Positions 40,405-51,070 of a DNA stretch of 64,000 nucleotides are shown here, in pieces. Source of the DNA: Myxococcota bacterium (GTDB taxonomy: Bacteria; Myxococcota_A; UBA9160; JAFDDA01); assembly GCA_965228475.1 (NCBI GenBank), contig OZ245817.1, positions 4,768,262 through 4,832,261 on the forward strand. The letters are read 5' to 3'. A program made the position numbers and the translations under genes. Position 1 is the stretch's first letter. Every line of letters begins with the position of its first letter. Below the pieces are notes generated by a model. It saw nothing but the letters and a program-made list of their open reading frames with translations, was not told where the DNA came from and ran no database searches.

Positions 40405-41876
40405 GGGGCGGCGGGCCCGCCGTAGTAGCCACCGGTCTTCGGAGCGAACGGCTCGCCCCCCTTGCCCGCGAAACGCACCGGGACCGTCTTCGAGCGGCCC
40501 TCCTCGTCCCGGACCCACACGGCGAAGGCCAGGTGCGGCTCGGCGCTGAAGCCGGTGTTGCCGCTCTTCGCGATCTCCTGCCCCGCCTCCACGCGGTCGC
40601 CGACGCCGACCCCGATGCCCTTCGAGAGGTGGAGGTAGCTCGCGTAGGAGCCGTCCTCGTGGAGCACCATGACCACGTTGGCCTGGCTGCGCAGCGCCTT
40701 GCTCGTTCCGCCGCGCTCGTACTGATCGACCACCATCACGACCTCGCCGGCCCGGGCCGCGCGCACGCTCTCGCCGACGGGCAGGCGAACGTTCACGGCG
40801 TGGGCGAGGCGCGGCTCCGTCGCCGAGCGGCCGAACGTGCCCAGGGAGAAGGGGCGCGGCTTCGAGGAGGCGAAGGGCAGCCGGTAGACGTGAGCGTCGT
40901 CGTGGCGGGCGCCCTTGGGCGCGAACTCGAACTGGCCCTCCTCCGCCTCGAAGGCCATCTCCTTCTCGAGGATGCGCTGGATCTCGCGCTCGCTCTTGCC
41001 TTCGGCGGCGAGCAGCGCGATGCGGCCGGAGACCGCCTCGAGCTGCGCGTCGGAAACCTCGATCCCCTCCTTCGCGAAGCCGGCCTTCAGCTGCTCGCGC
41101 AGCGGCGCCATGTCCGCGCTCGCGGCGTACTGGGAAACCGCCATCTCGCGGAAGCGCTGGTTCGGGGTCTTGCCGCTGCCCTTCACCCACTGGGTGCCGC
41201 CGCTGCGCATCATGCGGAACGTCCCCTCCTGGGTGCCGTCGCGCTCGTAGCGGCCGGTGAGCAGCAGGCCCGAGGAATCGATGGCCGTCGCCGTGTAGCG
41301 CGTCGTGCCCTCGAGGGTCTCCGTCATGCCGGAGGAGAGAGAGTCCGAGCGGGTGAAGACGGGCTCGTCGGGCAGCCCGGAAACGCTCCAGTTCTCGACG
41401 TAGGAGATGAAGTTCATGGAGCCGGGGCGCGCGCGCGTCGCGGAGGTCCAGGTGCCCTCGTCGTCCGGCTTGATCGTCTTGGTCTTGGCACCGCGCTTGT
41501 TCACCTCGAGGCCGGCCTGGATGTTCTCGATCTGCGCCTCGTTCGGTTCCCAGAAGGCGAGGATGCGCGACTGCCGGTTCGTGCCGAGGCGCTCGAAGCG
41601 CCCGGTCTCGTCGTCGAAGACGACGATCGGATAGATCGTCCACTCGATGCGGTCGCCGGCGCGTTCGAACTTCCAGACGTGATCCACCCAGCGCTCGCGG
41701 TCCGGGTGGTCGCTGCCCGCATCCTTGTAGTGCGCGAGGACGTGCCAGGAGCCGATCAGGTTCTCCACGTCGAAGGCGCGGGCGCTCCCGGGAAGGAGGC
41801 TCGAGCCGAGCAGGGCCAGGGCGGCGCCGAGGGTGAGAGCCCGGCTCCGGCCGGTGAAGTTCCGAATCATCCGCAT
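40401..41876 (-). CDS. secreted protein with a C-terminal M23 peptidase domain
   Basis: ORF 40401..42131 trimmed to the ATG at 41874-41876 (MRMIRNF), which has a GGAGGA SD. Signal peptide ...LLPGSARA. C-terminal M23-like YASYLHLSK..GNTGFSAEPHLAF. Confidence 0.7.
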   Translation of the reverse strand: MRMIRNFTGRSRALTLGAALALLGSSLLPGSARAFDVENLIGSWHVLAHYKDAGSDHPDRERWVDHVWKFERAGDRIEWTIYPIVVFDDETGRFERLGTNRQSRILAFWEPNEAQIENIQAGLEVNKRGAKTKTIKPDDEGTWTSATRARPGSMNFISYVENWSVSGLPDEPVFTRSDSLSSGMTETLEGTTRYTATAIDSSGLLLTGRYERDGTQEGTFRMMRSGGTQWVKGSGKTPNQRFREMAVSQYAASADMAPLREQLKAGFAKEGIEVSDAQLEAVSGRIALLAAEGKSEREIQRILEKEMAFEAEEGQFEFAPKGARHDDAHVYRLPFASSKPRPFSLGTFGRSATEPRLAHAVNVRLPVGESVRAARAGEVVMVVDQYERGGTSKALRSQANVVMVLHEDGSYASYLHLSKGIGVGVGDRVEAGQEIAKSGNTGFSAEPHLAFAVWVRDEEGRSKTVPVRFAGKGGEPFAPKTGGYYGGPAAP

Positions 41877-42187
41877 CGCTTCCTCCGCCCGCTTCGAGCC
41901 ACTGCGCCGCCCGCCTGGCTTCGACGCAAGCGCCGGCGCGGGATTCGCACCCTCCGGCGGCGCTCCGCGGCTACTCTTGCAGACGAAGGTTGGGGCTTCA
42001 ACGTTCCCTCCGGATCTCCACGAACCGGATTTTCGCCGCGGGAATCCCGGTTTGTGGCGCCTTTTGCCGGCTCGCCCGCGCCATGCGCAACGTTTCGGCA
42101 AGGAGTGAGAGTCCGGCGCCCGCGCTGCCACCTAGTATCGGGGCTCGCGGGCGAAGCCGCCTGCCCTCTGGAGAAGCCGACCCCCCG

Positions 42188-44323
42188 ATGCCGACACTCT
42201 GGATCGTTCACCGCGAGCCCGCCGCTCGCCGCACCCTGGCCCGCCTCGCCGGCGCCCGCGCGGACGTCTTCGCCGGCGGCCCCGACGGCCGCAACTTCGA
42301 AGCCGCGCCCGAGCCCGACGTCATCCTGCTCGGCCCGGCGGGTGACTTCGAGGCGGAGCTCGAGTTCGCCCATCGCCACGCCCAGCGCCGGCCCGGTGCC
42401 AGCTGGATCCTGCTTCCCGAAACCGGCGCTGGCGACGACGCGCGCCAGCTCTTCGATGCCCTGCCCGCCGAGATTCTCCCCTTTCCGCCGGACCCGAGCC
42501 TGCTGCGCCGCCGCATCCGCGCCGCCGCGGCGGGCCGGCGCCGCCACGACTCGCTCTCCCAGCGCCGCGTGCGCGACGCCCTGGCCGACCGCTTCCGCCG
42601 CTGGTTCAGCGACCTCGAGCTGCCGGAACTCCTGCGCGCGGTCGATCCGCATCTGGCGACGGTGCCGGTCCTCGTGCGCGGCGAACCCGGCACCGGCCGG
42701 ACGGTCATCGCCCAGTACATCCACGTCTTCGGCGGCTCGACGGGCGGCACCTTCGTCCACCTGCCGTGCCGCGAGATCGAAGGCGCGGCGGCCGCCGTGC
42801 TCGAGTTGATCCGCAGCGCATCGCGCGGCGGCGAAGCCCTCACCATCTGCCTCGAGGACGTCGACGCGCTGACGCCGGTGGCGCAACGCCAGCTCCGCGT
42901 GTGGATCGAGAACGGGCTCCCGCCGGAGACCGTGCGCACGGAGCGCGTGCGCTGGATCGCGACGGCCGGGGAAGAGGACCCGTGGACCGCGAGCGACCTG
43001 CTCGACCCCGCCCTCGAAGATGCCCTCGCCGGCATCGTGATCCGCATCCCGCCCCTGCGCGAACGCATGGAGGCGCTCGACGCGATGGTGCTCTCGGCGG
43101 CCACCTCTTGGTGCGAGCGGCACGGCCAGCGCGCGCGAAGCTTCACGCCGGACGCCCTCGCCGCCCTGCGCGACGTGCTCTGGCTGGGGAACGTGCGCGA
43201 AGTCGAAGCCGTCGTCTCGCGCACCCTCGCCTCGCACAACGACGACCCGATCCGGCCGGCGGATCTCGTGCTCGGCGAACCGGAGCCGCGCCTCGAGGCC
43301 GTGGTCGAAGCGGGCGACCTCCGGCCCGCCCGCGAGCCCCACTCCCATGAGGCCGGCATTCGGGAAGCCGAGATCGTGGAGGAGCCCGCGGCCTTCGAAG
43401 CGGGGGAACGCTTCGTCGATCTCGAAGCCGAGGTGGATGCCAGCGGCGAGGCGCCGGTGCCGGCCGCTCCCGGAGCAGAAACGGCGCCGGAGGCGCACCT
43501 CGCCCTGGTGCCCGATGCCGAGGCCGCCGCGGCGCCGGAGACCTCCGACACGCCCTTCTCCGTGTTCGCGGCCGAGACGGAAGCCGCGGCGCCGGAGTCG
43601 AGCGCGGCACTCGAAGCTTCCGTGGCCCGGGAGCGCGCGAACGCCAAGGCCGGCGCGGAGCGCAGCGCGGCGAGCCTGCGGCAGCTCGTCGGCTCGATCG
43701 CCCACGAGATCCGCAACCCGCTCGTGGCCGTGCGCACCTTCGCGCAGCTTCTCCCGGAGCGGTTCGACGATCCGGACTTCCGCCGGCGCGCCGTCGACAT
43801 CGTCGGGGCCGACGTCCGGCGCATCGAAGCCGTCGTCGAGCGGCTCTCGCGCCTCGCCGAGCTCTCGAGCCCCGAGCCGAAGCCGGTGAACGTGGTCGAG
43901 ATCGTCGAGAACGCCCTGGCCGCCGAGCGGGGCACCATCGGCCGCCGGCGCCTCGTCGTCCTGACCGAGCTCGATCGCGAGAACCCCTTCGCCCTCGGCG
44001 ACGAAGAGCAGCTCCGCTTCGCCTTCGAGTCCCTGCTCACCAAGGCCCTCGAACTCGTACCCGACCGCGGCGACCTCTACTTCGCCTCGAAGCACCACGC
44101 CGACGCGCTCGACGGCGCGCCGGCCCTGCGCCTGCTCGTGCGCTTCCGCAGCCCGGGCGAGCTCGGGGCGACGGGCAGCGTTCCCGGGGTCTCCCTCGAC
44201 GAGAACTCCCTCGAGATGACGGTCACGCGGAGCATCGTCGAGGGGCACGGCGGGCGCATGACCGTGGGGAACGACGACGGCCGCGAGACGGTGGTCGTGA
44301 TCGACCTGCCCGCTCCGGCCTGA
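42188..44323 (+). CDS. hybrid sensor: pseudo-receiver - sigma-54-activator-like AAA+ (no GAFTGA) - HisKA - HATPase_c
   Basis: ORF 41990..44323 trimmed to the ATG at 42188 (MPTLWIV). Walker A VRGEPGTGRT, Walker B ICLEDVD, NtrC-like IPPLRERMEAL and WLGNVREVE. A low-complexity linker follows, then the H-box SIAHEIRNPL and a C-terminal ATPase region. Confidence 0.75.
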   Translation: MPTLWIVHREPAARRTLARLAGARADVFAGGPDGRNFEAAPEPDVILLGPAGDFEAELEFAHRHAQRRPGASWILLPETGAGDDARQLFDALPAEILPFPPDPSLLRRRIRAAAAGRRRHDSLSQRRVRDALADRFRRWFSDLELPELLRAVDPHLATVPVLVRGEPGTGRTVIAQYIHVFGGSTGGTFVHLPCREIEGAAAAVLELIRSASRGGEALTICLEDVDALTPVAQRQLRVWIENGLPPETVRTERVRWIATAGEEDPWTASDLLDPALEDALAGIVIRIPPLRERMEALDAMVLSAATSWCERHGQRARSFTPDALAALRDVLWLGNVREVEAVVSRTLASHNDDPIRPADLVLGEPEPRLEAVVEAGDLRPAREPHSHEAGIREAEIVEEPAAFEAGERFVDLEAEVDASGEAPVPAAPGAETAPEAHLALVPDAEAAAAPETSDTPFSVFAAETEAAAPESSAALEASVARERANAKAGAERSAASLRQLVGSIAHEIRNPLVAVRTFAQLLPERFDDPDFRRRAVDIVGADVRRIEAVVERLSRLAELSSPEPKPVNVVEIVENALAAERGTIGRRRLVVLTELDRENPFALGDEEQLRFAFESLLTKALELVPDRGDLYFASKHHADALDGAPALRLLVRFRSPGELGATGSVPGVSLDENSLEMTVTRSIVEGHGGRMTVGNDDGRETVVVIDLPAPA

Positions 44324-44364
44324 CCCGATTCCACGCCCTCGGCCCGGTTCGTTACGTTTCCGGC

Positions 44365-45756
<1,392 letters not shown>

Positions 45757-45956
45757 CGCCAGGATGCGGGGGCGTTCCGATCGGAACACCCCCGAAAAGT
45801 CGAACCGTTCCATGAGCTTGCGAGCCCAGGGCGCGCCGGTGCGTTCCTTCGGGAACACCGCGGCCGGGCTCGGCGGGCTCGCCATCCGAACGGCGTTCCG
45901 CGCCAAACCGAAATGAATCGCTTGGTTACACGAATGCGGAACGCCGTTTCCCGGAC

Positions 45957-45971
45957 TGGCATGGGCGTTGC
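45957..45971 (+). promoter_or_regulatory. sigma-54 (-24/-12) promoter candidate TGGCAT-N5-TTGC
   Basis: The sequence CTGGCATGGGCGTTGCT has the GG and GC dinucleotides at canonical spacing (12 nt from G to G). It lies 200 nt after the NtrC-type gene and directly upstream of the REC/PilZ genes. Confidence 0.55.
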
Positions 45972-45985
45972 TTTGGAAACGGCAC

Positions 45986-46636
45986 ATGAACCCCCGCCTT
46001 CGCCAGGGCGCCCCCGAGGCGCCGTTGGTCGTGATCGCTGACGGCGATCGCGGCGCCCGTGAATCCTTCCGACACATCCTCGACGCCGAACACCGGGTTC
46101 TCACCGCAGCGAGCCGGGACGGGCTTTCCTCCCTCCTCGCCCGGGAGCGGGCCGACGTGGTGCTCGTCGACCTCGCGCTACCGGGCGCCGAGGACGACGG
46201 CTGGCTCGGCGCCCTGCGGCGCAGCCATCCCGACGTCGCCTTCGTCGCGACCGCCGCGCGCATCCGGCTCGCCACCGCGCGCGAGCTCGTGGCCTCGGGT
46301 ATCGCGGAGCTGATCCCGAAGCCCATCGACGTGGCGGAGGTCGCCGCCACCCTCGCGCGCGCCCTGCTCGCGCAGCGTCAACGAAGCCATCTGGTCGGAT
46401 TCCTCCGCGCGCTCGGGCGCCTGGTGGGGAACGAGCGCCAGGTGGGTCAGATCCTCGGCGTCGTCGAAGGCGACGGGCCGCTGCGGCGTCAGGTCGGCGA
46501 GCTCGTCGGCTGGACGTCGCGCCGCATGGTTCGAGTCGAGCGTTCCCGGGACGTGACTGCCGTTCGGGGGGAGGGCATCACGCCCGGGAGCGCTGGCTCA
46601 TGCAACACCGCCGCACCGTCGGCCGCAACGAACTAG
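45986..46636 (+). CDS. CheY-like receiver domain protein
   Basis: ORF 45968..46636. REC pattern LVVIADGD..VVLVDLALPG..LIPKP. The tracked TTG at 45968 lies inside the promoter element, so the ATG at 45986 or the TTG at 46025 (GAGG SD) is more likely. Confidence 0.6.
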   Translation: MNPRLRQGAPEAPLVVIADGDRGARESFRHILDAEHRVLTAASRDGLSSLLARERADVVLVDLALPGAEDDGWLGALRRSHPDVAFVATAARIRLATARELVASGIAELIPKPIDVAEVAATLARALLAQRQRSHLVGFLRALGRLVGNERQVGQILGVVEGDGPLRRQVGELVGWTSRRMVRVERSRDVTAVRGEGITPGSAGSCNTAAPSAATN

Positions 46637-46647
46637 GGGACGGAGAC

Positions 46648-47076
46648 ATGACCGCGCGCCAGGGCCAGCTCAGTTTCGGATTCGAGGAGGACCCGGCGCG
46701 CGTCGCCGGCTGGCTCGACCGGCGTTCCCATCGCCGCGAAGCGACCGTGCGGCACGTCGAGTTCACTCCGTTCCCGCGCGCCGCCGCCGACGTCTGCGGG
46801 CAGCGCGGCTTCACGCGCGACGTCTCCCCGTCCGGAATGGCCCTGGTCACGGAACATGCGCTTCCCGTCGGCTCCCTCGTCCGCGTGATCGTGCTGCGCG
46901 CCGACGGCCAGCCGGACTTCGACGCGGTCGCCCGCGTGGCCTGGTGCGAAGACGAAGAGGCGGCCGGAAGCGGCGCCGCTCAGGCCCGCGTCGGTCTGAG
47001 CCTGCTGGCCGAAGTAAAGAGCGGCATGGCCCGCGTCCGGAACGTCGGGAGCCCGCCCGTTCGAGCCGCCTGCTAG
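46648..47076 (+). CDS. PilZ domain protein (c-di-GMP receptor candidate)
   Basis: ORF 46600..47076 trimmed to the ATG at 46648 (GGAG SD). PilZ motifs RRSHRR and DVSPSGMAL. Confidence 0.7.
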   Translation: MTARQGQLSFGFEEDPARVAGWLDRRSHRREATVRHVEFTPFPRAAADVCGQRGFTRDVSPSGMALVTEHALPVGSLVRVIVLRADGQPDFDAVARVAWCEDEEAAGSGAAQARVGLSLLAEVKSGMARVRNVGSPPVRAAC

Positions 47077-47159
47077 GCGAGTTCGCTAGCCGGCCGGGCG
47101 CGACGGCACTAGGCTCCGTCGCGGGGACGCGGGACCGTCCCCGGCGGAGGCACCCAACC

Positions 47160-48281
47160 GTGCGAAAGCTCCTGGCGCGGCTCGCGCTCGTCGCGCTGGC
47201 TCCGGTGGTCGTCCTGCTCCTGGCGGAGGCCACCTTCCGCGCCTTCCCTCGACTCCTGCCGAAGGGCAGCTACGGCACCGGCCGCTACCACCCGGAGCTC
47301 CGTGCGAACGTCCACGGCGGCACACAGATCTACAACAAGGTCGGTTTCCAGCTCCGCTCGCCCAACCCGGACGGCTTCATGGACGTCGCACACGAGCGGC
47401 GGGCGGCCCCCGGCGTCGAACGCATCGGGTTCTTCGGCGACTCCTACGTCGAATCCCTTCAGGTCCCCCTCGAAGACGCGTTCTTCCGCCGCCTCGAAGG
47501 GGCGCTCGACGGACGGGCGGAGACCCTCGCCTTCGGGGTCTCGGGCTGGGGGACGCTGCACGCGATGCGCGCCTGGCAGCTCTTCGGGCGCCGCTACGAC
47601 GTCGACCGGGTGGTCTACGTCTTCGTCGAGAACGACCCCGGCGATCACCTGCAGAGCCTTCGCAACCCCGGCCGCCTCCCCTTCTTCTGGGGGCCGCTGA
47701 TCTCACCGGGCAGGGTCGCGGGCAGCTACGACGTGCACTGGCCGCTCCCTCCCGAAGAGGGCTCCCTCGCCCGACGCGTCGCCAAGGCGAGCCAGCGCAA
47801 CTCGCGGGTCGCGCAGCTCACCTTCCAGCGGCTCTTCGCGATGGCGAGCCCGGGCGGGGGCCAGGGAGCCGCGGCCGATCAGGTGGAGATGGCCCGACGG
47901 ACCCGCCCGGGAACGCGCCCCAACTCGAACGATCTCGCGGGGAGCTGGCCCGAGCCCTTCGCGGAAGAGGCCCGCACCCTCGGAAGCTTCGTCCTGCGCG
48001 ACTGGGCGAAGCAGGTCCGGCTCGAAGGCAAGACCTTCTCCGTCCTCTACGTGCCCCGCGGCGAAGCGTACCTGCGCGGAGAGATTGCGGAGCGGGACGT
48101 CTGGCGCCCGTGGCTGCTCGCGACCTGCGCAGAGCTCGGCATCGAGGTCCTCGACCCGAGCGACGCCCTCCGCCGCACGATGGAAGAGGGCCGCCCGGTG
48201 TACCGGGACCACTGGACGAGCGCGGGCCACGAAACCATCGCCCGCTTCCTCGCCGAGTCTCCGGTCGCCCGGGGGCTGTGA
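47160..48281 (+). CDS. SGNH/GDSL-like hydrolase with an N-terminal membrane anchor
   Basis: ORF 46944..48281 trimmed to the GTG at 47160 (GGAGG SD 9 nt upstream). N-terminal TM segment LALVALAPVVVLLLA. Block I FFGDSY, and a later DHWTSAGH. Confidence 0.6.
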   Translation: MRKLLARLALVALAPVVVLLLAEATFRAFPRLLPKGSYGTGRYHPELRANVHGGTQIYNKVGFQLRSPNPDGFMDVAHERRAAPGVERIGFFGDSYVESLQVPLEDAFFRRLEGALDGRAETLAFGVSGWGTLHAMRAWQLFGRRYDVDRVVYVFVENDPGDHLQSLRNPGRLPFFWGPLISPGRVAGSYDVHWPLPPEEGSLARRVAKASQRNSRVAQLTFQRLFAMASPGGGQGAAADQVEMARRTRPGTRPNSNDLAGSWPEPFAEEARTLGSFVLRDWAKQVRLEGKTFSVLYVPRGEAYLRGEIAERDVWRPWLLATCAELGIEVLDPSDALRRTMEEGRPVYRDHWTSAGHETIARFLAESPVARGL

Positions 48282-48325
48282 GCCCAGCCACCGTCGCCGG
48301 TCGCGGGGGCTGCTACCCTCGGGGC

Positions 48326-48679
48326 ATGTTCGGCATCGGCATGACGGAAATCGTCGTGATCCTCGTGGTCGCGCTGCTGATCTTCGGGCCCAACAAGCTC
48401 CCGGAGCTCGCGCGCTCCCTCGGCCGCGGCTTCGGGGAGTTCCGCCGGGCGAGCTACGACCTGCGCCAGAGCCTGATGGAGGTCGGCGAGGAGCCGCCGC
48501 ACCAGGCCCAGGGCCCGACGATCGCCAAGCCGCCGGCGCCCCCGCAAACGCCCCCCGAGGCCCGGGCGAGCACCGAATCTGCCGAATCTGCCGGAACGGC
48601 CGGATCGGCTGAACCGGCCGCGCCGGCGCCCAAGGACGACCCGGGCCCGCCCGCCCGCGGCGGAAGCGAGCCGGCGTAG
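48326..48679 (+). CDS. tatA: twin-arginine translocase TatA/TatB-family protein
   Basis: Internal ATG of ORF 48110..48679. MFGIGMTEIVVILVVALLIFGPNKLPELARSLGRGFGEFRRA is the Tat signature. Pro/Ala-rich tail. Confidence 0.85.
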   Translation: MFGIGMTEIVVILVVALLIFGPNKLPELARSLGRGFGEFRRASYDLRQSLMEVGEEPPHQAQGPTIAKPPAPPQTPPEARASTESAESAGTAGSAEPAAPAPKDDPGPPARGGSEPA

Positions 48680-48687
48680 CCCCCGCG

Positions 48688-49470
48688 ATGCAGGTCGACG
48701 ACAAGCTTCCCCTGCTCGACCACCTGGCCGAACTGCGCACACGCCTCTTCCGCATGCTGCTCGGCTGGTTCATCGGCTTCGTGTTCGCGTGGGGCTTCCG
48801 CGAGCAGGTCTTCGAGTTCCTGCTCGCGCCGGCGATCGAATCCCTCGGCGGGGAAGGCACCCTGCTCCAGGCCCTCTCCCCGCCGGAGATCTTCTTCACC
48901 TACCTGAAGTGCGCCCTGCTCGCGGGCTTCGTGCTTTCCCTGCCCGTCTTCTTCTGGCAGCTCTGGGCCTTCATCGCGCCCGGCCTCTACGACCACGAGA
49001 AGCGCTACGCGGTTCCCTTCGTGGCCGTCTCGACCCTGCTCTTCGCGGGGGGCGCGACCTTCGGGTACGTCATGGTCTTCCCGCTGGTCTTCGACTTCTT
49101 CCTGGGCTTCAACAACGACTTCGTCGAGAACGCCTGGACCATGCGCGAAGTCTTCACCTTCACGACGCGGCTCTACCTCGCCTTCGGCACCGGCTTCGAG
49201 ATGCCGGTCGTCGTCTTCTTCCTGGCGCTCGCGCGCATCATGAACGCGCGCCAGCTCCTGGCGGGCTTCAAGTACGCCGTCCTCGTCTGCTTCCTGGTGG
49301 GCGCGATCCTCACGCCGCCCGACGTGATCAGCCAGGTGCTGCTCGCCGGCCCGCTGCTCGTGCTCTACCTGCTCGGCGTCGGCGCCGCCTTCATGGTGAA
49401 CCCCGGCGAAGCCGAGAAGCCGCGCGACCTCCCGGAAACCCGCCCGCCCGAGCCGCCGCCGGGCGCCTAG
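48688..49470 (+). CDS. tatC: twin-arginine translocase subunit TatC
   Basis: ORF 48688..49470. LLDHLAELRTRL and a six-TM pattern typical of TatC. Confidence 0.9.
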   Translation: MQVDDKLPLLDHLAELRTRLFRMLLGWFIGFVFAWGFREQVFEFLLAPAIESLGGEGTLLQALSPPEIFFTYLKCALLAGFVLSLPVFFWQLWAFIAPGLYDHEKRYAVPFVAVSTLLFAGGATFGYVMVFPLVFDFFLGFNNDFVENAWTMREVFTFTTRLYLAFGTGFEMPVVVFFLALARIMNARQLLAGFKYAVLVCFLVGAILTPPDVISQVLLAGPLLVLYLLGVGAAFMVNPGEAEKPRDLPETRPPEPPPGA

Positions 49471-49486
49471 GGCCGCGGGTAACCCG

Positions 49487-49798
49487 TCACGCGCCGGGCA
49501 GCACCACCCAGCTCGGGTCGTCGAACTCGCCGACGATGCGGATCTCGACGTGCTCGGACTGTTCGTCGAGGATGGCCTGGACGCGCGGGTCGCGGGCGGA
49601 CTCGGCGCGGTCGCGATCGGGCTTGGAATCCCAGCTCGCGATGGCGAGCAGCACGCCCTCCTCGCCGATCTTGCGGTGGAGACGCGTTCCCCGGGCGCCC
49701 GGCGCCTGCTGGATGATCTCGCTCGCGCGCACCCAGGCCTCGCCGTAGGCCTCGGCCGTGGCCCCAGGCTTGACGCGCACCTCGAAGACGAAGATCAG
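49487..49798 (-). CDS. antibiotic-biosynthesis-monooxygenase (ABM)-like small protein; non-canonical start
   Basis: C-terminal 103 codons of ORF 49487..49924 (LIFVFEVRVKPG...ASWDS...). The only start with an SD (GAGGAA 6 nt upstream) is the CTG at 49796-49798, which overlaps the upstream TGA (CTGA). Confidence 0.5.
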   Translation of the reverse strand: MIFVFEVRVKPGATAEAYGEAWVRASEIIQQAPGARGTRLHRKIGEEGVLLAIASWDSKPDRDRAESARDPRVQAILDEQSEHVEIRIVGEFDDPSWVVLPGA

Positions 49799-51036
49799 CT
49801 CGGTTCCTCGATCGTGAAGGCCATGCCGGCGTGGGCTTCGAGCCGAACCAGGAGGGGTTCCGCCATCGCCGAGGTCGGCGTGTGGATCCCGCCGGGCGAC
49901 GTGAGTTCGTCTTCGGCGAGGCACACGGCGGCCTCACCGAGCATGCGCGAGGTGGCGCCGTAGCCCGGGTCGCGGTCGCCGGTGACGCGGGCGAACAGGC
50001 TCTTCCCGGCGTCGCTCGGGTGTTCACCGAAGAGGCGGACGTCGAAGTAGCCCTCTTCGCGCTGCTTCTGGTTCGGACCTTCGCCCGGAGCCGGGAGGAA
50101 GCGTCCGAGTACGCCGCGCAGCGGGCCGATCGCCGCCGCCGCCATCGTGCCGACGACGCCCGCCGAGAGCCCGGCCGCCTTCACCGCGGAGACGGGGCCC
50201 GTGCCGAGCAGCGTGGCTTCGTCGTAGCGGAACTCGCGGCCGTAGGGGAAGCCGAGCAACGCGTTGCTCCTGCGCACGACGCGCTCGTTGATGGCCGCCA
50301 TCACGAAGGGACCGATCCACTGGCCGAAGTCTTCGTCGAAGGAGGGCCCGGTGCGGTCGCGGCCGTCGGGGCCGTGGCGCTCGCCTTCCGGGTTCAGGCC
50401 GTAGGGGTTCGCGAGGATGCGGCGCACCTTCGGGTCGCGGCTCGCCTCCTCCATCAGGTTCATCATGCTCGCGATCGTGCCGCCGCTCGCCGCTCCGGAG
50501 AAGCCGGCGACCCGGAAGCTCACGCGCGGCGCGACCACGCCGTGACGCGCGCGCATCTCGCGCTGGAGGAAGTGGACGCCGAGGTCCGAGGGGATGCTGT
50601 CGAAGCCGCAGGTATGGACGATCCGTGCGCCGGTCGCGGCGGCCTCCTTCTCGTGGGCGTCGATCATGCGGCGAATCCACTGGGCTTCACCGGTGAGGTC
50701 GCAGTAGTCCGTGCCCTTCGCCGCGCAGGCCGCGACGAGCTTCGAGCCGTATTGGGCGTAGGGTCCGACGGTCGTGCACACGACGGCGGTCCGCTCGGCG
50801 AGCTCCGCGACGAAGGCGTCGTCGTCCGAGTCGCCGACGATGAGCGGCAGCGCGGCGGCACCTTCGCCGAGCTCCTTGCGCACGGATTCGAGCTTGGCCT
50901 GGTTGCGCCCGCCGATCGCCCAGCGCAGTCCGCCTTCGGCGCCGTGACGCTCGAGCAGGTGCTCGGCGACGAGCTTGCCGGTGAATCCCGTGGCACCCCA
51001 GACGACGACGTCGAGTTCTCGATCCTTGCGATTCAT
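49795..51036 (-). CDS. saccharopine dehydrogenase-family NAD(P)-binding oxidoreductase
   Basis: ORF 49795..51036. VVVWGATGFTGKLVAEHL and full-length family resemblance. GGAGG SD. Confidence 0.8.
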   Translation of the reverse strand: MNRKDRELDVVVWGATGFTGKLVAEHLLERHGAEGGLRWAIGGRNQAKLESVRKELGEGAAALPLIVGDSDDDAFVAELAERTAVVCTTVGPYAQYGSKLVAACAAKGTDYCDLTGEAQWIRRMIDAHEKEAAATGARIVHTCGFDSIPSDLGVHFLQREMRARHGVVAPRVSFRVAGFSGAASGGTIASMMNLMEEASRDPKVRRILANPYGLNPEGERHGPDGRDRTGPSFDEDFGQWIGPFVMAAINERVVRRSNALLGFPYGREFRYDEATLLGTGPVSAVKAAGLSAGVVGTMAAAAIGPLRGVLGRFLPAPGEGPNQKQREEGYFDVRLFGEHPSDAGKSLFARVTGDRDPGYGATSRMLGEAAVCLAEDELTSPGGIHTPTSAMAEPLLVRLEAHAGMAFTIEEPS

Positions 51037-51070
51037 TCTGCCCTCCTCGGGCTTTGCGCGGCCATTCGGC

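Noticed and set aside
42055-42068. Second sigma-54 promoter-like sequence TGGCGCCTTTTGCC upstream of the AAA+/His-kinase gene
   Set aside because: The GG-to-GC spacing is 10 nt instead of the canonical 12, so it does not fit the -24/-12 geometry.
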